From NCBI GenBank assembly GCA_021795435.1, contig JAJYPJ010000002.1, forward strand, positions 33,595 through 97,594: DNA of 64,000 bases, read 5' to 3'. Positions 30,001-38,716 of the stretch are shown here, in pieces (within the stretch, counting starts at the first letter, position 1; each line of letters opens with the position of its first letter). The stretch is from Pseudomonadota bacterium. Its GTDB lineage: Bacteria > Pseudomonadota > Gammaproteobacteria > Xanthomonadales > Rhodanobacteraceae. A program made the translations under genes and the position numbers. The notes beneath the pieces are model-generated. The model was not told the origin of the DNA, searched no databases, and worked only from the letters and a program-made list of their open reading frames with translations.

Positions 30001-30306
30001 GGGCTCGTCGGCATCGGCGGCTATCCAAGACTGATGGACGGCGGCGGGATCACGGCGCCGCGTGTCGCCGTCGAGGGCCTGGACGGGCATTTTCCGGTCG
30101 AAAATCACGGTGTTGCGCCGGACGTGACCGTCTGGCAAGACCCAGCGCTGGTGCGAAAGGGGCAAGACCCACAACTGCAGCGCGCGGTCCAGGTTGCCAT
30201 GCAGCAGCTTGCCGCGCATCCGCAACCGCATTACGTGCCCGCGCCCTGGCGCGACTACCACCCTCATCTGCCGCCGTTGCCTTCGCCCACCAGCGTCGGC
30301 AACTAG
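27001..30306 (+). CDS. tricorn-like S41 family peptidase (beta-propellers, PDZ, S41), secreted
   Basis: LLLRYP, PD40-type FSPDG/WSPD repeats, GYVYLPDT, DERFNHGG, GSGGD catalytic Ser region, GERTWGG, ENHGVAPD, DPQL; start at ATG 27001 gives a signal peptide. Confidence 0.92.
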   Translation: MGKSTGFRQLANLAAVALMWLVGTRAAAAASPQPLLLRYPTMSKTEIAFEYGGELWEVPRAGGAAHVLASGMDMLTMPFFSPDGSMIAFTGTYDGNTDVYVVSAKGGVPKRLTYYPGPDVAVGWTPDGRSVLFRSHRYSYSDPDQLYTVPISGGFPQELPLPMAEEGSFSRGGRHLAYVPEFQWEAFWKDYKGGQHTQVWLARLSDSSVIRIPDDNANNFDPMWVGNTVYFLSDRDGPITLFAYDTHTGAVDREINNTGFDITSASAGPGGIVYSQFGQLHVFDFARGASRAVPVTVAGDLPQLRPRYENVSKQIVRSSISPHGLRTIFEAHGDLLSVPSKHGSVFDLTHSPDVMDRDPAYSPDGRSVAYFADHDHEYDLCIRAANGDGSPQIIALGQPDAFYYGLAWSPDSHKLVFGDQKLDLWLVNLESHRPHPVRIAINRNATLQHFHPAWSPDSRWIAYTRILRNGLHALELYSLASGHSVQVTHGSSDVRSPAFDPSGQYLYFTESTNTGLTPGLWEMSGMDRPVTRHVYAATLRNDEPSPLAPDAGFEVPAGKAARTARRTLVPPAVRIDPAGLERRAVALPIPAGRYTRITASSPGTLILQQTPRVIMPGDTRPWGTPVRVLAFDLAHRKVQPLLADVTNVQVAADGKQVLFRRGMHWFIAKTTPKAKPQPLHTSALRVYVVPREEWAEMYRDAWRIERAFFYNPRYDGLDVHAAQVEFAHYLPGLASRSELSFLFREMTGYLSVGHMFIYGGYHPRMADIKVGLLGANYAIEHGRYRITRIFRGGRWNPDAYAPLAQPGLAVKTGDYLLAVDGQALGGHENLYRAFENLAGKDVTLRVAPHADGRGAHTIVVKTIPSERLLRNIAWIDHNRALVNRLSGGKLGYVYLPDTGWGGYRNFNRMYFSQVDKQGVILDERFNHGGDISDYIIQNLLDRPMSLVVTRWAPAQVTPPMAIYGPKVMLINQFSGSGGDALPWYFKMDHIGTLVGERTWGGLVGIGGYPRLMDGGGITAPRVAVEGLDGHFPVENHGVAPDVTVWQDPALVRKGQDPQLQRAVQVAMQQLAAHPQPHYVPAPWRDYHPHLPPLPSPTSVGN

Positions 30307-30324
30307 ACGGCTTGCGGGAATCGT

Positions 30325-30789
30325 GTGCTGCACATCGTGCTGGTCCACCCGGAAATCGCGCCGAATACGGGCAACGTGATGCGCTTGGCTGCGAATACCG
30401 GATGCACGCTTCACTTGGTCGAGCCGCTGGGATTCCGGCTCGAGGATTCCCGACTCCGCCGCGCCGGCATGGACTATCGGGACTATGCCGACGTGCGCGT
30501 CCATGAACACTTGGACGCCTGTCTCGACCGGCTGGGGCAACCGCGCTGCTTCGCGTTGAGCACGCGCGGGAGCCTCAGCCCCTACCAGACGCGCTTCACA
30601 CCCGGTGACGCGCTGCTGTTCGGCAGCGAGAGCAAGGGCCTGCCGCGGGAAGTTCTCGATGCACTGCCCGCCGAACGATGCTTGCGTCTACCCATGGTGG
30701 CGGGAAGCCGCAGCCTCAATCTGTCCAACGCGGTGGCGATTACCGTCTACGAGGCATGGCGTCAATTTGAATTCGCGGGCGCTGCCTGA
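30325..30789 (+). CDS. trmL: tRNA (cytidine/uridine34-2'-O)-methyltransferase TrmL
   Basis: PEIAPNTGN, RRAGMDY, FGSESKGLP, RSLNLSNAV. Confidence 0.95.
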   Translation: MLHIVLVHPEIAPNTGNVMRLAANTGCTLHLVEPLGFRLEDSRLRRAGMDYRDYADVRVHEHLDACLDRLGQPRCFALSTRGSLSPYQTRFTPGDALLFGSESKGLPREVLDALPAERCLRLPMVAGSRSLNLSNAVAITVYEAWRQFEFAGAA

Positions 30790-30835
30790 CGAGCTCGAGA
30801 GGCGATGACATTGGCTGCGCCGCTACAATCGGCGC

Positions 30836-31480
30836 ATGAGCAAACCCACTCTCGATTCGCTGCTGCCATCACGGCTCAGGCAAGTGCTCGGCCACGTGCT
30901 GGAGCGGGTGCTGAACCGCACTCTGGCGCTCGATCCCGAGGCACACGTATCACTCGCGGGCCTGGAAGGGCGTAGTGTCACGTTGCACCTCACCCAGCCC
31001 CCTCTCGCATTGCGCCTCGCGGTCCGCGAGGGTCAGATTCATGTGGGTGCAGCCGAAGACGCTGAACTGGAGGTCCGGCTACGGCCCGCCAGCTTGGCCG
31101 CCGCGGCGCTCAAGCGCGACGGAACATTGCCCCCGGGCGCGGTCAACCTGGCGGGTGATGCGGATTTGGCCCGTCGCCTTGAGAAGCTGGCACGCAACTA
31201 TCGACCCGACCTCGAGGCAGCCCTTACCGAACGTTTTGGCGAGGTTCTGGGCATGGTCCTGGCTAGAGGCCTTGTGCGCGCATTGGCGGAAGTCCGTCGT
31301 CTGGCGCCCCGAGCAGCCGATGACGTTGCGGCCTGGCTGCGCGATGAAGCCCGACTGACGCCTGCGCGCGAGGAGATAGATGAATTCAATGATGACGTCG
31401 ACAAGCTCCGCGAGCGCGGCGAGCGTTTGGCCGCACGGCTCGATGCGCTGCGCGCCCGCCTGAATCGGGCCCGTCCATGA
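30836..31480 (+). CDS. ubiJ: ubiquinone biosynthesis accessory factor UbiJ (SCP2 domain)
   Basis: [16 protein letters not shown]-terminal coiled coil [19 protein letters not shown]; overlaps ubiB start. Confidence 0.85.
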   Translation: MSKPTLDSLLPSRLRQVLGHVLERVLNRTLALDPEAHVSLAGLEGRSVTLHLTQPPLALRLAVREGQIHVGAAEDAELEVRLRPASLAAAALKRDGTLPPGAVNLAGDADLARRLEKLARNYRPDLEAALTERFGEVLGMVLARGLVRALAEVRRLAPRAADDVAAWLRDEARLTPAREEIDEFNDDVDKLRERGERLAARLDALRARLNRARP

Positions 31481-33135
31481 GTGCTCTAGGGACGGCACCG
31501 CGCCTCGGCCGGGTCCTCGTGATTGCGTTGCGGTGGCGGCTGCATGTCTTTGCGGAAGGCACTCGCCTCCATCGTCCACTTGCGCTGCTGGCGATGGTGC
31601 TGCCTCGCGCGAAAGGCTGTACCGCTGGATTGCCGCGCGGCGAGCGTCTGCGCCTTGCGTTCACCGAGCTGGGCCCGATCTTCGTCAAGTTCGGCCAAGT
31701 GCTGTCCACCCGGCGCGACTTGCTTCCTCCGGATCTGGCGGACGCACTGGCGAAGCTTCGCGATCAGGTCGAACCGTTCCCGGGAATACAGGCGCGCACG
31801 CTGGTCGAGCAGCAACTGGGCAAACCGGTGGCCGACCTCTATTCAGCGTTCGACGAGGAGCCTCTGGCATCCGCCTCGATTGCGCAGGTCCACGCCGCCC
31901 GGTTGCCAGGCGGACGCGAGGTCGTGGTCAAAGTGCTCCGCCCAGGCATCCATGCCCGCATCGCGCGTGACACGCAATTGTTGCGCGCACTGGGCGGTCT
32001 CGTGCAACGGTACCACCCGCGTGCCGACAAAATTCGGCCCCTGGATGTGGTCGCTGAAATTGAAAAGACGCTTGAACACGAACTGGATCTCCAGCGAGAA
32101 GGGGCCAACGCAAGCCTGCTCAGGCGAAATTTTGCCCATGCAGCACACGACCTCTATGTCCCGGAGGTGTTCTGGGATTGGAGCGCGGACCGCGTCCTGA
32201 CGCTGGAGCGCGTACACGGTATCGGCGCTGATGACATCGCCGCGCTGGACGCGGCAGGCGTCGACCGAAAGGCCCTGGCTCGCAAAGGCGTGCGACTTTT
32301 CTATGAGCAGGTCTTCCGCGATAACTTCTTCCACGCCGACGCGCACCCCGGCAACATCTGGGTTGACGCAACGAATCCAGATGATGCCGGCTTCATCGCG
32401 CTGGATTTTGGAATCATGGGCTCTCTCCCGGAGTCGGACCAGTACTGGCTCGCCGAGAACTTCATGGCTTTGTTCACGCGGGATTACCGACGCATCGCGG
32501 AACTCCATGTCGCTGCCGGCTGGATGCCATCGAGCGTGCGCATCGACGAGCTCGAATCGGCGACTCGCGCGGTATGCGAACCCTACTTTACGCGGCCCCT
32601 GAGCCAGATCTCCATTGCCGAGGTGACGGTGAAGCTGTTTCAGACCGCGCGCCAGTATGAGCTGACGCTGCAACCGCAGCTGATCCTGTTGCAGAAGACC
32701 TTGCTGAACATCGAGGGACTTGGCCGGCAGCTGGATCCCGACATCGATATCTGGGCCGTGGCCGAACCGGTGCTGCGGCAAATCCTTCGCCGGCGCCATG
32801 GACCGCGTGCCGTTTTGCATGAATTGCGCCGGCGTGTGCCGGAATGGATCCGCCAGGCACCGCGATTGCCCGAGTTGTTCCAGCAAACGCTCGAGGCCGC
32901 CGCCAGCGTCCGTGGCACGATGGAGATGCGAGCGCGGGAGTCAGCGCAGCTCACGGAGCGTAGCCACGCGCAGCAACGGGTGTTGACCGGATCCCTGCTG
33001 GGGTCCACCCTGCTCGTCATCGCCGCGTTGACCCAACTGCTCGGACCGCAATGGAGTCCGCTCGCGCCCGTCGTGCTGGCGACAGGGGGCCTGGTCGCAT
33101 TCTGGCGCGTCTGGCCACGAAAGCCGCAAGGCTGA
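31477..33135 (+). CDS. ubiB: ubiquinone biosynthesis protein kinase-like UbiB
   Basis: [67 protein letters not shown]. Confidence 0.96.
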   Translation: MSALGTAPRLGRVLVIALRWRLHVFAEGTRLHRPLALLAMVLPRAKGCTAGLPRGERLRLAFTELGPIFVKFGQVLSTRRDLLPPDLADALAKLRDQVEPFPGIQARTLVEQQLGKPVADLYSAFDEEPLASASIAQVHAARLPGGREVVVKVLRPGIHARIARDTQLLRALGGLVQRYHPRADKIRPLDVVAEIEKTLEHELDLQREGANASLLRRNFAHAAHDLYVPEVFWDWSADRVLTLERVHGIGADDIAALDAAGVDRKALARKGVRLFYEQVFRDNFFHADAHPGNIWVDATNPDDAGFIALDFGIMGSLPESDQYWLAENFMALFTRDYRRIAELHVAAGWMPSSVRIDELESATRAVCEPYFTRPLSQISIAEVTVKLFQTARQYELTLQPQLILLQKTLLNIEGLGRQLDPDIDIWAVAEPVLRQILRRRHGPRAVLHELRRRVPEWIRQAPRLPELFQQTLEAAASVRGTMEMRARESAQLTERSHAQQRVLTGSLLGSTLLVIAALTQLLGPQWSPLAPVVLATGGLVAFWRVWPRKPQG

Positions 33136-33244
33136 GTGAGGGAGCTGTCGCGGCGCTGAACATCGGCCCGACGATTTATTACGCTGTTATCACTTTTTGA
33201 TTCCGGTCAAGCAGGAGCCAGTGCCCGCGCCCGAGAGTGGACCA

Positions 33245-33265
33245 GCCGCACGTGGCGGCCTTTTT
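33245..33265 (+). terminator. weak intrinsic terminator-like hairpin downstream of ubiB
   Basis: GCCGC-ACGTG-GCGGC followed by CTTTTT; only a 5 bp stem; lies just upstream of the next RBS. Confidence 0.35.
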
Positions 33266-33282
33266 CGTCGCGGAGGATTCCC

Positions 33283-33663
33283 ATGCGTAACCGATCCATC
33301 ATCCTGGCGTCCGCACTGGCAGCTGCGAGTCTTTCCGCGACTGCGATGCAGACGCAGGCGCAATTGCGGGTGCAGGAACACGTGCAGGAGCGCGACCAGC
33401 GCCAGGTTTACGGAAGTCAGTTGATGACGCCGGCCGAGCGGATCGAGTATCGCGAGCGGCTGCGTGCCGCCAAGACGATCCAGGAGCGGGACCGCATCCG
33501 TGCCGAGCACCATGTGCAGATGCAGCAGCGTGCGAAGGAACGCGGCGTGAAGCTTCCCCCTGCACCTCCACTTGAGCGCGGAAGGATCCATCAAAATGGC
33601 CGTCCGGGTGCCGGCCAGCGAATGCCGCCCCGCACGCAAGGCAGCAGTGGCGGAGGCTTCTGA
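33283..33663 (+). CDS. small secreted/periplasmic helical protein
   Basis: RBS GGAGGA, signal peptide, YGSQLMT..ER..YR...AKT..ER..IRAEHH..MQ.RAKERGV.LP motif, low-complexity tail. Confidence 0.8.
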   Translation: MRNRSIILASALAAASLSATAMQTQAQLRVQEHVQERDQRQVYGSQLMTPAERIEYRERLRAAKTIQERDRIRAEHHVQMQQRAKERGVKLPPAPPLERGRIHQNGRPGAGQRMPPRTQGSSGGGF

Positions 33664-33874
33664 AGGCCGGCACGCCGGCGTCCCGTCGCACAAGGACCCG
33701 GCCGGCGAGGCAGGCTAGGTAAGCCCCGGGCGAGTCGCCGCTCATCGCCGGCGCGCCTCGCTGTTGATAGCGCCGCCGTAGGGAACCCCATGCTTGCCGC
33801 GCCTGTTCGCGGCCGACCCGGTGCGCCTGGCGGGCGCCCGGGTCCGTGGCATGGGTCCTGATATGCTGGTGGCC

Positions 33875-34297
33875 ATGTTAAACGTGAGTGCCGGCCTGCA
33901 AATCCCGGAGCATGAGCTTGTAGAACGGTTCCTTCGCGCCGACGGCCCCGGTGGTCAGCATGTCAATCGCACCGAAAGTGCCGTCGAGTTGCGTTTCGAT
34001 ATCAGGCGTTCCGCTGCGCTTACGGAGGATATGCGGGCGCGTCTTCTCGCACTGCGCGACCGGCGTCTCAATCGCGAAGGCGTGCTGGTATTGCAGGCGC
34101 GCCGTTTCCGCGAACAGTCGCGAAACCGCGACGATGCTCGCGCGCGTTTGGCTGCAATCATCGCGGGTGTCCTGGAGGCGCCTCCGATCCGCAAGGCCAC
34201 GCGACCGCCGCGCGGGATGGTTGAGCGACGCTTGCAAAGCAAGCGCATGACTGCACGCCGCAAGCAGGCGAGAGGCCGACCAGGCCTTGATGCATGA
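33875..34297 (+). CDS. arfB: alternative ribosome rescue peptidyl-tRNA hydrolase ArfB
   Basis: RADGPGGQHVN (GGQ), R..Q..NR, basic tail RKATRP..RRLQSK; start uncertain (33863/33875). Confidence 0.92.
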   Translation: MLNVSAGLQIPEHELVERFLRADGPGGQHVNRTESAVELRFDIRRSAALTEDMRARLLALRDRRLNREGVLVLQARRFREQSRNRDDARARLAAIIAGVLEAPPIRKATRPPRGMVERRLQSKRMTARRKQARGRPGLDA

Positions 34298-34890
34298 GCG
34301 GCAGGCTGCCCCCGAATCCACCGCCCTTGGTACCCGTCGTGGGTTCGACGCGCGCGTGGTGGCGGAGGCTGTGCCGGTTCATCGTCGTGGCTGCAGGTTG
34401 GCGCCTCGAGGGCACACTGCCCAACGTCCCCAAGCTGATTCTGATCGGCGCTCCGCATTCCTCGTTTTGGGATGGCGTCTGGGGCCTGTTGATGAAGACG
34501 GCTCTGGGTCTGCGCATCGGAATCATGATCAAGGCTGAGCTGCATCGTGGCCCAGCAGGTCCGCTTTTGCGGGCGCTGGGTTCGATCCCGGTGCAACGCA
34601 ACAAGGCCTTCGGCGTAGTTGACCAGATGGTGGAGCGCTTCAATGCAAGCGACCGTCTCTGGCTAGGCATAACGCCCGAGGGCACAAGGCGCCCGGTCAA
34701 GCGTTGGAAGTCGGGCTTCTGGCAGATTGCCCGAGGCGCGGGCGTGCCAGTACAGCTGGTCTATTTCGACTATCCGTCCAAGACGATTGGCCTCGGACCG
34801 CTGCTGCAGATGGGACCGGATCTCGAGCAAGAGCTCGCCCAGATTCGAGCTTGGTACGCACCTTACCGCGGCAAGCGCCACAACGTCTGA
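34294..34890 (+). CDS. lysophospholipid/1-acyl-glycerol-3-phosphate acyltransferase family
   Basis: APHSSFWD (HX4D), TPEGTR, WKSGF; ATGA overlap with arfB. Confidence 0.88.
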   Translation: MSGRLPPNPPPLVPVVGSTRAWWRRLCRFIVVAAGWRLEGTLPNVPKLILIGAPHSSFWDGVWGLLMKTALGLRIGIMIKAELHRGPAGPLLRALGSIPVQRNKAFGVVDQMVERFNASDRLWLGITPEGTRRPVKRWKSGFWQIARGAGVPVQLVYFDYPSKTIGLGPLLQMGPDLEQELAQIRAWYAPYRGKRHNV

Positions 34891-34911
34891 ATCGACGGCG
34901 GCCCCACGCCG

Positions 34912-36393
34912 CTACGCGGTGATGCCCAGTCGCTTGCGTTCGAGGCGGCGAAGGAATTCCTGCATGACGCGCACATACAGATCTTCGCGGAGATACGCAT
35001 CTTCGACGCCAGCGTCGACCGAAGGATTGTCGTTGACCTCGATCACCACGGTGCGTTCCTTGGTCTGCTTGATATCCACGCCGTAAAAGCCGTCGCCTAT
35101 CGGTTGCGTGGCCCGCAGCGCCAACTTGATCACTTCGGCCGGTGCCTCTCGCGTCGAGAGCGTCTTGAAACCCCCGCTCTTCGCCGAGCCCTTCGCACCA
35201 TGGTTGTAGATCTGCCAGTGGCCACGCGCCATCGCGTACTGGCACGCGAACAGCGGCTCGTGGTTCAGCACGCCGATGCGCCAGTCGAATTGCGTGAACA
35301 GGAATTCCTGGGCGATGACGAGCGCCGTGTGCTGGAAGAGCTCGGCGGCGGCCTTGTCGAGTGCGGCAGCATCCTCCACCTTGACGACGCCTCGGGAAAA
35401 CGAGCCGTCAGGAATCTTCAACACAATGGGGAATTCCAGCAACGTCGGCAGGTCACGCAGCTGGCGCGGATCATCTCGATAGAGGATTTCCGTTCGGGGT
35501 GTTGCCAATTTCTTCGCGCGAAGGAGATCATGAAGAAAAATCTTGTTGGTACAGCGGAGGATCGATGCAGGGTCGTCAATCACGACCATGCCCTCCCGTT
35601 CCGCCTTGTGCGCAAATCGGTAGGTATGGTGATCCAGCGCCGTCGTTTCGCGGATGAACAACCCGTCATATTCGGCCAAGCGCGTGTAATCGCCCTTGCC
35701 CACCGGGTCGACTTCGATGCCTAGCTCCTTGCCCGCCGCAATGAAATTCTTGAGCGCCTTCTTGTTGGATGGAGGCATCGCTTCGTTATGGTCGACCAGC
35801 ATGGCGATGTCGTATCGATAAAGTCGCCGCGCACGCGGTCGATGCCAGAGCTTGCGCGAGAAACTGTCGAGCGCCTGCGCGAAAGCATCCTCCTGCGGAT
35901 CATCCAGCGTGTGCAGCCCTATGGGCTTGATCGCGCTGATCCGCCACATGCGCTCTCTTTCAAACTCGATGCGCAACAACGGCGAAGGAAATGCCTCGAA
36001 TACGCCGCGCGCAAGTTCGCGCAGTTGTGGGTAAGACGTCTCGCCAAAATAAACGAGGATCCCAAAGTCCGTGGTATCCCGCCCGCCCGCGGGCAGGAAA
36101 TTCGCGAGCTTCTGGTTGAGATCCTCCACGTCGAGCCCGTACAACGATCGCCGCCGCAAGTCATTGATGGTGCGCACCGAGGGGATCACCCGGTGACCAC
36201 GAGCCTCGCCAAGCAGCGACACGTAGTAGCCAGTGCCCAGATACTTGTAGTTGCGGCACAGGTTGATGACATGCGTACGCTCCTCGCCACCAACCGGCTC
36301 GCGCAGGTAGTCCTTCGCGGAAACGACATTGTCCGAGGGGTAATATGAGCCCCAGTCCGAGAGTTTCTCGACGACTATGACCAGCCTGGCCAT
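34912..36393 (-). CDS. RimK-family ATP-grasp ligase with RimK-like N-terminal domain
   Basis: INLCRNYKYLGTGYYVSLLGEARGH N-domain; KIPDGSFSRGV, QEF, DWRIGVL, YGVDIK, IEVNDNP. Confidence 0.9.
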   Translation of the reverse strand: MARLVIVVEKLSDWGSYYPSDNVVSAKDYLREPVGGEERTHVINLCRNYKYLGTGYYVSLLGEARGHRVIPSVRTINDLRRRSLYGLDVEDLNQKLANFLPAGGRDTTDFGILVYFGETSYPQLRELARGVFEAFPSPLLRIEFERERMWRISAIKPIGLHTLDDPQEDAFAQALDSFSRKLWHRPRARRLYRYDIAMLVDHNEAMPPSNKKALKNFIAAGKELGIEVDPVGKGDYTRLAEYDGLFIRETTALDHHTYRFAHKAEREGMVVIDDPASILRCTNKIFLHDLLRAKKLATPRTEILYRDDPRQLRDLPTLLEFPIVLKIPDGSFSRGVVKVEDAAALDKAAAELFQHTALVIAQEFLFTQFDWRIGVLNHEPLFACQYAMARGHWQIYNHGAKGSAKSGGFKTLSTREAPAEVIKLALRATQPIGDGFYGVDIKQTKERTVVIEVNDNPSVDAGVEDAYLREDLYVRVMQEFLRRLERKRLGITA

Positions 36394-36559
36394 GCTTCCT
36401 CGCGCGTACGTACGTTCCGCGTGGGTGGGGACCGGCGCGCGGGCGGCAAGAGTGTCGCACAGTGCACGGCAGAGGCAAGCATCCGCGCGGCAATCGATGC
36501 CCGTCGTTCATGGGCGCTTGCGCCCGGGCTCGTGTGTGACTACCGTGCGCGCCGTGCCG

Positions 36560-37033
36560 ATGACCGTCGATCCAGAACCCCCAGGCCATGTCCACGTGCG
36601 CCGCGCCGATGCCGTTGACCTCGAGGCGCTGCTGCGCCTGGAGCAGCGGGCGTTCCGCTCGGATCTGATCAGCCGGGCGCAGTACCGCCGCCACATCGAT
36701 AGTGAAAGCGCGCTGGTACTGGTGGCGACGGACAATGGCAGCCTGCTCGGCTCGGCGGTGGTTTTTTTTCGCCGGGGCAGCAGCAACGCGCGCCTCTACT
36801 CACTCGCCAGTGCTCCGGAAGCCCGCGGCCGCGGCGTCGGCGCTGCACTACTGCGCGCATCCGAAGCCGCTGCGCGACGCCGCCGTTGCGTCGGTATGCG
36901 TCTGGAAGTCCGGGCCGGCAACCGAACCGCGCAGCGCCTCTATGAGACACGCGGGTATCTGCGGAAGGGCATCCGCCGCGGCTACTACGAAGATGGCGGG
37001 GATGCACTGTGTTACGTGAAGACCCTGGGTTAG
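36560..37033 (+). CDS. GNAT family N-acetyltransferase (RimI-like)
   Basis: RLYSLA..PEARGRGVG acetyl-CoA motif, LEVRAGN..AQRLY, YYEDG; start 36554 (GTG) or 36560. Confidence 0.87.
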   Translation: MTVDPEPPGHVHVRRADAVDLEALLRLEQRAFRSDLISRAQYRRHIDSESALVLVATDNGSLLGSAVVFFRRGSSNARLYSLASAPEARGRGVGAALLRASEAAARRRRCVGMRLEVRAGNRTAQRLYETRGYLRKGIRRGYYEDGGDALCYVKTLG

Positions 37034-37045
37034 ACGGCGGTCAAC

Positions 37046-37996
37046 TCAGGGGTGCCGCCAACCCTCGATCTCCACCAGCAGCTCGCGGCGGCAAATGTCG
37101 CCCTCAAGCAATTGCACCGGAATGCCCGCGGGAATATTGGCACGCAGTGTCGGCAGTTCGCCGGCATCGCGCAGGTAAATCTTCATCGGTGCCCGGACCT
37201 CGGGTTCGGGCGGAAGTCCGGCGGCGACCTGCAGCGCCGCGATGTTGGCCAGACTTTCCCGCACTTGTGCCGCGCAGTCGCCAACGTGCAACGACGCATG
37301 GCCGACGATGCTCGCCGTGCCGGAGATCGCCAGTGAACCGTCTGGCAGGCGAGTGCCCCGGGCAAATCCCGGTGGCACCGGTCCATACTGGCGTGGATAG
37401 CGCCAAGCCGGGACCTGCCGGGGGTTTTCAATGCGTGTCCCCGGAGCGACGCTCGCCAGCCAGTACACGATAAGGCCGCGAGTGCGGTCCCTGTGACCGA
37501 TCGCCGTCGCCGCTGGATAGGCGCCCTGGAAGGCTTCTCCCAGGCCTCGGCGGCGGCCCGCGCAGAACAGCTTGTAGCGCTCGTTGTCGTCCAGGCCCGC
37601 GTTGATGTCGGCAAGATAGTTCCAGATGCGCAAGACGTGGCGCTCAGGTTGCCGGGCCGCAAATGCCGCGAGTGTCGCATAGGCCTCGGCGGCCGTCGCT
37701 TCGATCCCTCCATGCACCGATTCGTCCAGCTCCAGCGCCGCAACCAGCCAACCGCCACCGCGTGCCCAACGGACATTGCCGCTATGGCCATGACGCACGT
37801 CTCCATCCACGGACCAGTGCTCGCGCAAGGGCATGCGGTCTAGCGCCCTTAGGGGTACCGAGATGCATAGCCCTCCCGTTACGGGCGGGTTGGCGCCATC
37901 GAAGCTGATCGTCATCAGCGGGCTCGACGTCGCGGCAACGCCCAGTTCGATGCGAAGCAGGCAAGGCACATCAGGCGGAAGCGATGGCATCGGCAC
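37046..37996 (-). CDS. xanB2: chorismatase, FkbO/Hyg5/XanB2 family (annotated pteridine-dependent deoxygenase-like)
   Basis: LRIWNYL..IN, ERYKLFC.GR, PAATAIG, ENPRQVPAWRYPRQYG..P.FAR, ISGTASIVGH, ICRRELLVEIEG; divergent from ACP. Confidence 0.88.
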   Translation of the reverse strand: MPMPSLPPDVPCLLRIELGVAATSSPLMTISFDGANPPVTGGLCISVPLRALDRMPLREHWSVDGDVRHGHSGNVRWARGGGWLVAALELDESVHGGIEATAAEAYATLAAFAARQPERHVLRIWNYLADINAGLDDNERYKLFCAGRRRGLGEAFQGAYPAATAIGHRDRTRGLIVYWLASVAPGTRIENPRQVPAWRYPRQYGPVPPGFARGTRLPDGSLAISGTASIVGHASLHVGDCAAQVRESLANIAALQVAAGLPPEPEVRAPMKIYLRDAGELPTLRANIPAGIPVQLLEGDICRRELLVEIEGWRHP

Positions 37997-38085
37997 CAGG
38001 GGTTCGAGTGGCTGGGTAAAAGCGGAATGTTACAATGCTGCCGAGTCGTCGCCAGTAAATGCCGTCCTTCGCTATCCGCGCCAAC

Positions 38086-38364
38086 ATGTCCAGTCAAAGT
38101 CCAACCGAATACGAGCTTGCCGCACTCATTGTCACCAGCCTCAATCTGGAGGGAGTGCAGGCGGGAGAAATCGAGCCCGAGGCCCCGCTGTTTGGTGGAT
38201 CCCTTGGACTGGATTCCATCGATGCGCTGGAGATCGCGCTGGCTGTCTCACGGCATTACGGGATTCATCTTCGTGCCGACCATCCGGACAATCGCCGCAT
38301 TTTCTCCAGTCTGCGCGCGCTGGCGCTGCACATTGCGCACGAGCGCCAGGCGCAGCCGGCCTGA
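38086..38364 (+). CDS. acyl carrier protein (xanthomonadin/aryl-polyene type)
   Basis: LNLE..I.PEAPLFG..LGLDSIDALEIAL phosphopantetheine Ser motif. Confidence 0.92.
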   Translation: MSSQSPTEYELAALIVTSLNLEGVQAGEIEPEAPLFGGSLGLDSIDALEIALAVSRHYGIHLRADHPDNRRIFSSLRALALHIAHERQAQPA

Positions 38365-38410
38365 CCGTCCAACCCGCCTGCTGCTCTGCGGGCGGCGCCA
38401 ACCCCGACCC

Positions 38411-38716
38411 ATGACCCTGCCGCCCATGTTGCGGGGCACCTTTTGCCTCGAGGCTGATGATCCCTGTCTCGCCGGGCATTTCCCCGGGCGCCCGGTCGTC
38501 CCGGCCGTGTTGTTGCTTGAATCGCTGGCGGCGCTGGTGGATCGCCACGGGTTCCAGATCAGCGAGGTCGTCGACGCCAAGTTCCACGTGCCCTTGGCGC
38601 CCGCGCAAACGGCATCCCTCGAAATCCTCACCGCCACGGACGAGGCTTGGCGCTTCGCCATCAGGCGCTCGGGGCAGCTCATTGCCAGCGGCCGACTGCG
38701 GGTCATTTCACCTTGA
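38411..38716 (+). CDS. hotdog-fold acyl-ACP dehydratase-like protein
   Basis: DPCLAGHFPGRPVVPAVLLLE, AKFHVPLAP. Confidence 0.85.
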   Translation: MTLPPMLRGTFCLEADDPCLAGHFPGRPVVPAVLLLESLAALVDRHGFQISEVVDAKFHVPLAPAQTASLEILTATDEAWRFAIRRSGQLIASGRLRVISP

